Virus record (IMG/VR): IMGVR_UViG_3300050343_000285
Coordinates: 1 to 64,000 of that record
Direction: 5' to 3' (one strand)
Length of the DNA: 64,000 bases
From: a virus
Shown here one piece after another: positions 1-8,389 of the stretch. A program made the translations under genes and the position numbers. Below the pieces are notes generated by a model, which saw only the letters and a program-made list of their open reading frames with translations, made no database searches and was not told where the DNA came from. The stretch's first letter is position 1. Each line of letters starts with the position of its first letter.

Positions 1-226
1 CGTTGGTATTTAATAAGTAAATTAAGTATAAATTAGTGACTAAATTGGCCTAAAAAATTATAAAAACCAGTTGCTTTTGGTTCATACAGGAAAGGAAAAC
101 CCTAAAAATGGGTAGAAAATAGTTCTAAAACATAAAAAAATTCAAGAAACATAAGATTATTCTGTCTATTGTTATATTGTCTAGTAGTAGGGAAAATGTT
201 ATTAAAACCCGATAAAAATGAGTTTT

Positions 227-433
227 CTAAATTTGATCCTCTGTTACTGTATGGGTCATAGTAGGAGTAGTATCAAGGTTCTCTAATGAATGAGATACTT
301 TCATTATATTAATATTCAAAAAACAATCACTTAAATCCTTGCCATTTTCCTTGATCCAACTTTGTACTTCTTTTTCTATTGCCTTACAAACATTCTCACA
401 AGCCACATTATCTTTCATACTAATATTAATCAT
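227..433 (-). CDS. hypothetical protein (68 aa)
   Basis: ORF track; co-oriented with the early-region genes. Confidence 0.6.
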   Translation of the reverse strand: MINISMKDNVACENVCKAIEKEVQSWIKENGKDLSDCFLNINIMKVSHSLENLDTTPTMTHTVTEDQI

Positions 434-540
434 AACAAGTTCAACCCTAATAGTTTAAATGATACAAAATTTTGCTGACCTTATATTTTCACTGACTATC
501 AACTATTGGAGCAATCCTAATAGTTAAGGTAATACAAAGA

Positions 541-885
541 TCACTCTAATAAATCTTCATCAATATAAAGATCTTCATATAAATCTATTTGACCATCCTC
601 GACCTTTAAATCTTCCATACTAAAAGATTCTAAAATTTCACTAACAGGTGCTAGTTCCTCGACCTCACTTATCTCTGAATCAGTTGAGATAAATTCTGCA
701 ACATCTTCAATAGTTGTTTTTTCTCGATGAGGGTTATTTGGTACAGGATAATAATTTATAGGAGTATTATTCTCTAACCATATTGATACAGATATACTAG
801 TAGTTCCTGTTAAAAATAATAATATAATTATCCCAAAAAAGATTTGACCTAACATCCATCTTACTCCACGACCATTTATATCCAA
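541..885 (-). CDS. hypothetical membrane protein (N-terminal hydrophobic helix, acidic tail)
   Basis: IFFGIIILLFLTGTTSISVSIWL segment; upstream GGTGTATTAT motif at ~940-951. Confidence 0.7.
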   Translation of the reverse strand: MDINGRGVRWMLGQIFFGIIILLFLTGTTSISVSIWLENNTPINYYPVPNNPHREKTTIEDVAEFISTDSEISEVEELAPVSEILESFSMEDLKVEDGQIDLYEDLYIDEDLLE

Positions 886-1015
886 CTACCATATAGTAGG
901 GCTGTTTGTTTGTCGTCACAAGATACTGTTCGGCTAATCTAATAATACACCGGGTCTTAATATTCGCTGACTATGATTATACAGGGCAAACCTGATACAT
1001 AAGGTGGGACAAATA

Positions 1016-1282
1016 TTAGGCTAGTAAATTATTTGTTTCACTAATTATTTCTAATTCTTTATCATCAATTAATTTTGCAAAACAACTATAAGATATTTTT
1101 TGTCCTTCTAGTTGGGTTTCGGCATCTACCATATGTTTAGTGTAGACATTAATTCTATATCTATTTTCCCAAAGATTAGATGCCTTACACATTATTAAAT
1201 TTTTCGGTCTACCAATCCTTTTCATTATAAGATCGCATACTATTCCATCTGTTTCTACTGATACTGGATTTACTGCTGGCAT
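1016..1282 (-). CDS. hypothetical protein (88 aa)
   Basis: ORF with GGAGG SD; stop codon coincides with the edge of a 57-bp repeat. Confidence 0.75.
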   Translation of the reverse strand: MPAVNPVSVETDGIVCDLIMKRIGRPKNLIMCKASNLWENRYRINVYTKHMVDAETQLEGQKISYSCFAKLIDDKELEIISETNNLLA

Positions 1283-1506
1283 CTTAACCTCCTGTTGCTT
1301 TCTCTAGTTAATAAAATCTTTTAATCGGTTTTTTCTTCTTGACTATTTCTATATTTCTGTTATATTTATACAGGTCGGGAGGATAATACTAATATATTCT
1401 ATATATAAATACACCCTATCACCAACCAAGTACTATATCTTGATCATGCCTATAGATATTAAAATTATATAACCCATCATAATTGTTGTTATTAAAAATT
1501 CCATAA

Positions 1507-1689
1507 TTAAATTCTATTAGCCTCCATGCATTTGTTTTCATCTAATTTTGTATTAATATAAACTAAAGCAGACTCTAATGCTCCTTTAGCATCTTCTAGG
1601 TATTTTGTTTCTCCAGTACTATCGTGCCAATTCGTACGTATATTAGCAAAATTTATTAATTTCAATATCTGACTATTATAATTATTCAT
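1507..1689 (-). CDS. hypothetical protein (60 aa)
   Basis: ORF downstream of a 57-bp repeat. Confidence 0.6.
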   Translation of the reverse strand: MNNYNSQILKLINFANIRTNWHDSTGETKYLEDAKGALESALVYINTKLDENKCMEANRI

Positions 1690-1759
1690 AATACATTCCC
1701 TTAAAACTCGCTGACTATAACATCAAGACGCAAACCTGATAGGTTAGGTAATACAAATA

Positions 1760-1975
1760 TTAACCTAATTCACAACCATATAATCCAATACTAATCCCAT
1801 CCTTGTTATAACATTTACCAATAACAATAGAATTAAAACCATCATTATCAATACTTTGAATATAATGTTTCGTATACCTAGCACCTGACCAATAGTCATC
1901 AAATATTACAATCTTATCTATAATATTATCTTGACTAACAATCATTGCCCATCTTTCTTCCTGTATCAAAATCAA
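1760..1975 (-). CDS. hypothetical protein; probable start TTG at 1975 (track start 2014 lies inside the repeat)
   Basis: GGAGG immediately upstream of an in-frame TTG. Confidence 0.55.
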   Translation of the reverse strand: MILIQEERWAMIVSQDNIIDKIVIFDDYWSGARYTKHYIQSIDNDGFNSIVIGKCYNKDGISIGLYGCELG

Positions 1976-2281
1976 ATACCCTCCACTTTCGCTGACTATA
2001 ACCATTCTAACCAAACCTTTCGGTTTAGGTGTGACAATAGTTATCTCCTATTTATATTATAATTATAAAACCCTTCCTAAGTCCTTACTGGGAAACAACT
2101 TACGCCTCCTACCATTATATCGGATTTCAACCCCTTTGTCCATTAGGAAAAGAACGTAAGTCCTTGTCAGATATAGACTTATGAACATTAACTTTTCATC
2201 TTATTCATCTTATTATTATTGGCACATTTCGTGCGGCCGCTTTGTAGCTAAGTCCTTATCTAGTAACGACTTAGACATAAA

Positions 2282-2321
2282 TAAAAAAGAGAGGGCCGAC
2301 CTGACAACTAGGCCGACCCTC
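2282..2321 (-). terminator. intrinsic terminator after the DUF932 gene
   Basis: Minus strand GAGGGTCGGCCT-AGTTGTC-AGGTCGGCCCTC followed by TCTTTTTT. Confidence 0.75.
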
Positions 2322-2351
2322 AACTGGCAACGCACCACGAAAGGAGAGCGT

Positions 2352-3298
2352 TTAGAGCGAATTAGCGTATTCTGTTGCCAACGCTAAGGCTCGATTATTA
2401 GCAGCACCATTTTGACCAAACCACAGGCTTTCCATACGGTTATTAGTATTGCGACCTTTGGTGTAATTTAGATACTCGTTGAAGCCGTTGTAAGCAGCCC
2501 ACCACGTACCCTTAACTCCGGGCATACTTTGCTTTGGCCCTTCAATCGTAGCAAGAACATCATCAAGGATATTTTTGGTACGAGTTTTCAAGTCTTCGTC
2601 AGCAGTCTTTTCTACATTCAGCAATGTTTTAACATACTTGCGAACGTCAACCTGATTGAAGTTACGACCAGCAAGGAATCGGAACTGTTCAGCAGTAGCC
2701 TCGAACTGTCCGTTGATATTATCCATAATATCTCTGACATTATCTAGATTAGCCGCTGCACTTTTCGTATGTCTAATACGTAGAAGTTTGCTTACGCCGT
2801 TTTGGTGAGCAAAAGCCAAGGTATTGACACAAACAACACGAATTGGAGTGTATCCGACACGAATAGCGGTTGTGCCATCGTGACTGTTGGATAGAAGAAT
2901 AAACTTCTGCACCTCATCACCCTTGACAATTTCGCTAGGGTCACGGTTGAGTTGAGCCAAGGCCCAGACTTTTTGACCGTCACTTAACGAACCACCCGTA
3001 TGCAGACTGCATTCACCAGCATCAATAAATGGCTGAAACCAGTTAAAAGCATCTTTATTCTGAAGAGGAACATATCGTGGGCCGACTACACCTAAAATGG
3101 TATTGTCAGTCTTTCGATAGGTTGCTCTTGCAGGTACATCATAACCATCTTTGGTTACAAGGTCTTTCGTCCCTACTTCCCAATCAAGACCACTCGCCTC
3201 GATGCTTCCGAGATTGTTGGAGCATCTTCCAATTTTTCTCCAAGGCCATGCCAAGGAGTCGCTCCAGTGTAAAACATAGATTCAACATTAGCAGGCAT
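2352..3298 (-). CDS. DUF932 family phage/plasmid protein (frameshift near 3204)
   Basis: MPANVESMFYTGATPWHGLG start after SD AAGGA joins ASGLDWEV..., LLSNSHDGT, VRVVCVNTL, IRHT and GTWWAAYNGFNEY in another frame. Confidence 0.85.
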
Positions 3299-3453
3299 TT
3301 CAGTTCCTTTCGTAAGAGTGTCATTGCCTTTGTTCTCTCAGTATACCATATATATCGTCGGATGCAAGGGGTATTCTTTAAACAAAATAAAAATAAACGT
3401 AAGTCCTTGTCAGTAAACAACTTACGAGCAACCCGGCCGCACTATTTATGCCG

Positions 3454-4008
3454 TTATAGATATTCTATACCCAAGTCTTTTTTACAATATTCGGGATGGT
3501 TTCTGTATGCACACTCATCTTTTATATAAGAGTAAACCCCCATACACTTAGATCGTGAACTTTCTATATCAATACTTTTTAGGATATGCTTAATAGTATC
3601 TCCTGAACATATTAAATCATCAACAATAATATATTTCTTTGTATATGGGCCTTCTACATAGAATTTGCTGTACCCTTTTAAATCTTTCCTTACAATAATA
3701 ATGTTCTTTTTTAATAACTCAGCAATCTGTGGAACAATCATCAATCCGCTAGTACCACAACAGGCTATTGAATCATAATCAATATTTAACTTTTTTAGAT
3801 AAGAGTATGTTGTCATAATTATCCTATTTCGATATTTATGATTTAACAACTTAGAAGTATGAGCAGCGCCTTGTATAACGCTACCATCTTCATTTCTTCT
3901 GTATTCATCTAATTGTTGCATTAAAACATTCATAATATAAAGACTGGCGACCTGATTCGAACAGGCTATATAATTTATAACTAGATAGATATATGTGTCC
4001 CACCACAC
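3454..4008 (-). CDS. type I phosphoribosyltransferase-like protein (start probably ~3933)
   Basis: PRPP-binding motif YIIVDDLICSGDT; IACCGTSG and IIIVRK. Confidence 0.8.
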   Translation of the reverse strand: MWWDTYIYLVINYIACSNQVASLYIMNVLMQQLDEYRRNEDGSVIQGAAHTSKLLNHKYRNRIIMTTYSYLKKLNIDYDSIACCGTSGLMIVPQIAELLKKNIIIVRKDLKGYSKFYVEGPYTKKYIIVDDLICSGDTIKHILKSIDIESSRSKCMGVYSYIKDECAYRNHPEYCKKDLGIEYL

Positions 4009-4026
4009 CGCACCAGCCAGAAGAGA

Positions 4027-4206
4027 TCAGTATTCTATTTTATCACTAATATCATCATAATAATTCCAACTTTGTCTGTCAACGGTATCTTCTCTACAAT
4101 CTTCATCATACTCCTCATTATTAATCATGGACTCAATATAATTAGCGCTATTATCAAAAATATCATTATTGTTATCCTTTAATACTTTCCATTCAAAGCC
4201 ACTCAT
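4027..4206 (-). CDS. small acidic hypothetical protein (59 aa, below the track cut-off)
   Basis: MSGFEWKVLKDNNNDIF...; AAGGAGAG SD. Confidence 0.6.
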   Translation of the reverse strand: MSGFEWKVLKDNNNDIFDNSANYIESMINNEEYDEDCREDTVDRQSWNYYDDISDKIEY

Positions 4207-4244
4207 AAAATCTCTCCTTTGTGAAAACTACCGAACATCACCAG

Positions 4245-4317
4245 TACCCCCAGTAGGACTCGAACCTACAACATACGGTTTAAAAGACCGCTACTCTACC
4301 GATTGAGTTATAGGGGC
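4245..4317 (-). tRNA. trnK: tRNA-Lys(UUU), no encoded CCA
   Basis: Cloverleaf: GCCCCTA/TGGGGGT acceptor, anticodon loop CTTTTAA, GTTCGAGTC T-loop. Confidence 0.9.
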
Positions 4318-4321
4318 AAAG

Positions 4322-4394
4322 TAGGGCGTGAGGGAATCGAACCCACTTCTGTAGTTAATAAGACTACGGTCCTTGACCATTGAACGAACGCCCC
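4322..4394 (-). tRNA. atypical tRNA with anticodon UAU (Ile), U at position 37
   Basis: GGGGCGT/ACGCCCT acceptor, GTAGT-CTTATTA-ACTAC anticodon arm, GGTTCGATT T-loop with one T-stem mismatch. Confidence 0.7.
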
Positions 4395-4400
4395 GTAGCA

Positions 4401-4739
4401 CTACCACCAACTACTATATTCTACGCTCATGCCTTTGCAGATGGCTGCACGAGCATTCTGGATAAATTGAGTATCCTCATCCTTGTAATAATCATCACTA
4501 TCGCCACCAAAAAAGAAACCTTGAGTTTCTGGTAAATCTTTCTGATTAATGGCTTTATTGAGATCGTCAAGATCTTCTGTAGTTATTTCTACAGCCACGC
4601 AATTAAATTCTTCCTTGCCACCTTTTTTATGATACAAGTCTTCCATCCATCCCTGAAGATTAGGGTGTTTTCTCCAGCAAGCGATTTCTTCACTATTACC
4701 TTCTGAGTCTACAGCGTATGCAAATTGATCCAAACCCAT
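4401..4739 (-). CDS. conserved-looking phage hypothetical protein (MGLDQ...WRKHPNLQGWM...YSSWW)
   Basis: ORF with AAGGAG SD and sigma70 promoter TTGACT-16-TATAAT at 4759-4786. Confidence 0.8.
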   Translation of the reverse strand: MGLDQFAYAVDSEGNSEEIACWRKHPNLQGWMEDLYHKKGGKEEFNCVAVEITTEDLDDLNKAINQKDLPETQGFFFGGDSDDYYKDEDTQFIQNARAAICKGMSVEYSSWW

Positions 4740-4937
4740 TTGTCTCTCCTTTTCTTAAATTATACCCAAGATGTCCAATAAGTCAATAGTCCGCTAATGC
4801 TCTTCTCCGAATATCCATGCGGGTGCGAACTCTGCGAGGCCGGTTATCATGAGTACCAGAACCAGAACGATGAATGTTGTGTCCACGAGATACCTCCCAA
4901 GGTTTTTTAGTTGAAACTTTTATTGAACCACATTTAC

Positions 4938-5237
4938 TCATAGTTTATCCTTTAATAAGTCTTCAAGAAATTCCTTAGCAACATGATCAGGATCCTCTTC
5001 TACATCCACATCACATACATTTAGTTCTCCATCAAAAGCATCTCTGTATGCTACTCCTAAGTCTTCTAGTATGTAATCATCACGCTCATCTTCGTCTAAT
5101 TCCTGATACTCTGTACCTGTAATAATATGTTTATGAGATTCATTCTCTATATAATCTCCGATCCATTGAAATCTGATACTCTCAGGGTCAGCCTCAACCC
5201 AACCAGAAAACTCTATGATAATTTTAGTCATTACCAA
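4938..5237 (-). CDS. acidic hypothetical protein
   Basis: ORF track; GGAG SD. Confidence 0.65.
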   Translation of the reverse strand: MVMTKIIIEFSGWVEADPESIRFQWIGDYIENESHKHIITGTEYQELDEDERDDYILEDLGVAYRDAFDGELNVCDVDVEEDPDHVAKEFLEDLLKDKL

Positions 5238-5339
5238 GTTTCTCCACTATTAGGTCACAAATCATATCAATAGTGCTAGGATCACTACGACCATCAAGGA
5301 TACATCTAATGTCTTCTTGCATTTGTTCACATATCTCGT

Positions 5340-5513
5340 TCACTTTCTGCTCCAATCTCTAAAGAACTCCCATCGAATCCCAACGTCCATTGTACCATCT
5401 ACTGGTCGATTGTCAAGGGATATTGTTTTATTACAGAACATAGTGGTTTTTGTAGTTGTTACACATCCACTACAGAATATCAAGATGAACGCCAAACATA
5501 GTCTATATACCAT
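5340..5513 (-). CDS. small putative lipoprotein (57 aa)
   Basis: MVYRLCLAFILIFCSGC lipobox-like N-terminus; AAGGAGG SD; sigma28-like element at 5535-5562. Confidence 0.55.
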   Translation of the reverse strand: MVYRLCLAFILIFCSGCVTTTKTTMFCNKTISLDNRPVDGTMDVGIRWEFFRDWSRK

Positions 5514-5668
5514 TCCACTACCTCCTTAAGAGTTATATCGTCATCCTCAAGGATTTTCTTTACCTTATCTGTCTCTACCTGATTCATCACACTCATCTTG
5601 TGATTTAGGTAATCTAATACTGTTGTTATTTTTTCTTTTTTATCCAATATTATTCTCCAAATAGTTAA

Positions 5669-5740
5669 TAGCCCCGGCGAGAATCGAACTCACATCGACG
5701 GTTTAGAAGACCGCTGTTCTATCCGTTGAACTACGAGGCC
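5669..5740 (-). tRNA. trnR: tRNA-Arg(UCU)
   Basis: GGCCTCG/CGGGGCT acceptor, GCGGT-CTTCTAA-ACCGT anticodon arm, GTTCGATT T-loop. Confidence 0.9.
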
Positions 5741-5748
5741 AATAAGAA

Positions 5749-5797
5749 AGCCAGAGCCGCAGTCTTGGTTATCCCCATTGACGCTGCGACTCTGACT
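5749..5797 (-). other. long RNA hairpin (14-bp outer stem) between the ORF and tRNA-Arg; terminator or processing site
   Basis: AGTCAGAGTCGCAG/CTGCGGCTCTGGCT with G-U pairs only on the minus strand. Confidence 0.6.
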
Positions 5798-5804
5798 ATT
5801 CCGA

Positions 5805-6065
5805 TTAGGCTGTAGCAACTTCTGCTTCTACCCTAGCCTTAGATGCCTTATGAGCATCACCGGCTTCTTTAACGCCAATACCGAACTTACGGTTGCGAGC
5901 AACTTTCCATCCTTGTTCTGAATATTCCTTAACACCGTCTGCTTTACACAGGGCTAGAGTATCTTCAGGCAATCCGTCAGTAAGTGCTTGACGAATTGTA
6001 TCTTCGATAACTTCGGTATCAAGTGCCTCAGAAGCAATAGTAACATTAAAAGAAAAAGCCTTCAT
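5805..6065 (-). CDS. hypothetical protein (86 aa)
   Basis: ORF downstream of composite promoter 6142-6170. Confidence 0.7.
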   Translation of the reverse strand: MKAFSFNVTIASEALDTEVIEDTIRQALTDGLPEDTLALCKADGVKEYSEQGWKVARNRKFGIGVKEAGDAHKASKARVEAEVATA

Positions 6066-6252
6066 GGTGAAATCTCCAAAAGTAAACCAAACTTAGTAAC
6101 TCGCACAGTGCTTGTCACTTATAATATCATTCTACCATATATTATCGTCATGTCAACCTTAATAACTTGAGGAAAGGTAAAAAAATAATCTCTCGTAAGT
6201 CGTTGATATAAAACAACTTAGGCATGCTGCGTGCGGCCGTTTTTACAGAAAG

Positions 6253-6590
6253 ACCCGTTACAGCCCTACTTCTCAAAGATGTCTTTTAGTCAAATAAGAC
6301 TAATAACCCTCATAACGATTTTCAGCGATCTGTAACGGGTAATAGATAAACCGCCTTGCCCCATGAAACAATAACAGGATAGGTCTTACAGGCGGTTATA
6401 TTATTGGACGGGGAGGACTTCTTTTTCTACCTCCAACTTTTCAGGGCATGATATGTCAGTGTTCCCTACTTCGCACCGCTAGCCCAAACCTCAAGCACTC
6501 GCCCGTTGGTAAGGATTCGCGTACTGTTGCACCCTCATGCGGGCCAGCACACTTTCAGTCACCGTCCTATAACAGGGTAGCGAACCCTGC
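6253..6590 (-). ncRNA. structured non-coding cassette containing a 163-nt tRNA-like multibranch RNA (6405-6567) and flanking long stems
   Basis: GGACGG/CCGTCC+A closing stem stacked on GGAGG/CCTCC; GCTGGCCC/GGGCTAGC; AACCGCCT/AGGCGGTT; ACCCGTTACAG/CTGTAACGGGT; GC-rich; no ORF of 60 aa or more. Confidence 0.7.
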
Positions 6591-6601
6591 TATGTATTGT
6601 A

Positions 6602-7117
6602 TTATGTTTCCTCCATAGTATCATAGTATTCGTGCATACTGAACTCATCTCGCAGAGATTCTGGAAAATCGTTCCAGTTGCCCTCATAAGAATCATCCGT
6701 ACCATTGTGCCATATTCCGGCAAAACTCATCCCTGGCTCAAAATAGGACGCTTGTACGTCAAATCCCAAGACTACCAACCTCTCATAGAATCCCAATGGA
6801 GGACTCCATGCACTATCGAACGTTATACTAAGTTCGTTATCTACCCTAGTTGGTTCCAGACCATACCCATCTCCACATCCAATATCCCACTTTGTACCCC
6901 AATTGGCTACACGCCATAGATACCAGTTGTTGTTTACGTTATCATCTTTGCTCATAGCCTTATTCTCACCCATCATCATAGTTGGATCACTGGGATCTCG
7001 TGGAGTAGGATAGAAAGTTTCGATAGTCCAATCATTCCGATAGGCTTTCTCGAATTTGTCCAGCATAGACTTATCTTCGTGTGTTACAGTCAATTTATTC
7101 ATGCACCAATTAGGCAT
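6602..7117 (-). CDS. YubB/Api92-like (DUF1281) ferredoxin-like domain protein
   Basis: MPNWC...WYLWRVANWGTKWD...FDSAWSPP...YFEPGM signature. Confidence 0.8.
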   Translation of the reverse strand: MPNWCMNKLTVTHEDKSMLDKFEKAYRNDWTIETFYPTPRDPSDPTMMMGENKAMSKDDNVNNNWYLWRVANWGTKWDIGCGDGYGLEPTRVDNELSITFDSAWSPPLGFYERLVVLGFDVQASYFEPGMSFAGIWHNGTDDSYEGNWNDFPESLRDEFSMHEYYDTMEET

Positions 7118-7508
7118 AACATCTCTCCTCTACAATATGTATTCTGTTGCCGTCCGTGACCAGACTATTAAAGTCATAGTCGTCCCAATCAAAATCGCCG
7201 TCATCATTCACTCGTCTCCAACTTGGCTCGACTATAGGATTATAACATAATCTTTCTAGGTTGTCAATAGGTATACTACCCTTTTCATTTATAAAAAAGT
7301 TATCACATTCTACCCAACCACAGACATCCTTCTTTCCTGCTGCATGAACTTTCTTAGCAGCATTTTTTTTATTTATTAGTATACAGCCTGTCATTTCGAT
7401 CTGATACTTTTGTGGATCAAGATACGAGACTGTACCATCCCATGCTCTAATCTGCCAGTGCATATAGTGCTTACCACGTTGCAAGTGAAATCGTACTCTG
7501 TATTTCAT
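7110..7508 (-). CDS. hypothetical protein (start MKYRVRFHL; track start overlaps the promoter)
   Basis: GGAGAAGGAG SD before the ATG at 7508. Confidence 0.7.
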   Translation of the reverse strand: MKYRVRFHLQRGKHYMHWQIRAWDGTVSYLDPQKYQIEMTGCILINKKNAAKKVHAAGKKDVCGWVECDNFFINEKGSIPIDNLERLCYNPIVEPSWRRVNDDGDFDWDDYDFNSLVTDGNRIHIVEERCYA

Positions 7509-7601
7509 AATTATCTCCTTCTCCCTAGTATACATTATCGGCATTATATTGTCAAGAACTTTAGTAATTTCGCTGACTGCACCATTGCCACCAATCCTAT
7601 A

Positions 7602-7822
7602 GGATAGGGTGAGACATAATAGGACTTAGGCATTACTCGTACTAGAGCAACTCTTTCCCGTATACCTGTCAGGCTGCCAAGGTGGTATACGCCCTATCCA
7701 TCTTAATGTACGGCCATCGCACTAGGGACTTGCACCCTACAAGTATCTCCGAATGTTTGACGACAAAGCCTTATCGTATCACAATCTTGGGCTTGAATAC
7801 TTGGGTAACTCTTCCGTGCCAT
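7602..7822 (-). ncRNA. second structured non-coding cassette: tRNA-like ~107-nt RNA (7716-7822) plus a multibranch hairpin (7602-7699)
   Basis: ATGGCAC/GTGCGAT acceptor-like stem, TAGGG-TGCAAGT-CCCTA T-arm, CAAGTATT/GATACTTG; GGATAGGG/CCCTATCC enclosing GTATACC/GGTATAC; directly downstream of promoter 7843-7870. Confidence 0.65.
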
Positions 7823-7941
7823 GTATTGTAAGTATACTATATTTATCGTCATTGTCAATAGTATTCTTTAGTATAATATAGAAATAATTATGGCACAAGG
7901 AGTGCGGCCGGGTCGCACGTAAGTCCTTATTCTACAACAAC

Positions 7942-8169
7942 TTACGTAGGGTATCCTTCTTTTCTTAAAATGTCTTTAGTTGGTACGACAAAAGTTAATT
8001 GGTCCGCATTCGTATAGTCTTTCATTCCACGCTGATCAATATACATATACTCGTCTAAAATATCATGTTTATTCATTTCATGTATCACTGTTCTACAGGC
8101 AGCGTAGGGTTGTTGACTTGTCGAATAAATTAATTGTAGAGTACCACTTGAAATATAATATTTAGCCAT
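7942..8169 (-). CDS. hypothetical protein (75 aa)
   Basis: ORF; stop codon falls inside a 29-bp inverted repeat. Confidence 0.65.
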   Translation of the reverse strand: MAKYYISSGTLQLIYSTSQQPYAACRTVIHEMNKHDILDEYMYIDQRGMKDYTNADQLTFVVPTKDILRKEGYPT

Positions 8170-8389
8170 CTATCCATACCTCCGAGTGTGAATATTCCAT
8201 ATCTATATCACATCCACCGCAAACAGGAGTTCCATTCTGTTCGTACCAATCTGGCATTATCTCAACTTCTGTACTACAGTCTTGACATATCCAAAAATTT
8301 TTTATGTGATCATCTGGTATTTTTGTAAACATTATAGGATTCTTTCTTAATGAGATGGAAACAATACGTTGCCTAATCCCTTTACGCAC
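8162..8389 (-). CDS. small zinc-ribbon protein (start probably 8332)
   Basis: CQDC...CGGC pairs. Confidence 0.65.
   Translation of the reverse strand: MRKGIRQRIVSISLRKNPIMFTKIPDDHIKNFWICQDCSTEVEIMPDWYEQNGTPVCGGCDIDMEYSHSEVWIDG

Larger units (their letters stand above)
441..2043 (-). repeat. ~57-bp intergenic repeat family, + strand GCTGACTAT-N13-AAACCT-N7-WAGGT-N3-ACAA-N3-TYA
   Basis: Gap-free alignment of copies at ~488-543, ~963-1018, ~1707-1762 and ~1988-2043; degenerate copies at ~441-472 and ~7569-7620. Confidence 0.85.

Noticed and set aside
441-2043. Integron attC sites
   Set aside because: One copy has ACCTAAC, but there is no matching GTTRRRY at a suitable distance, no long imperfect hairpin and no integrase in the window
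4322-4394. Ochre suppressor (UUA) reading of the second tRNA
   Set aside because: It needs a register shift that destroys the 5-bp anticodon stem
6405-7822. tmRNA or RNase P identity for the two structured RNAs
   Set aside because: Too short, no tag reading frame, no G3-U70/ACCA end and no RNase P P4 consensus seen
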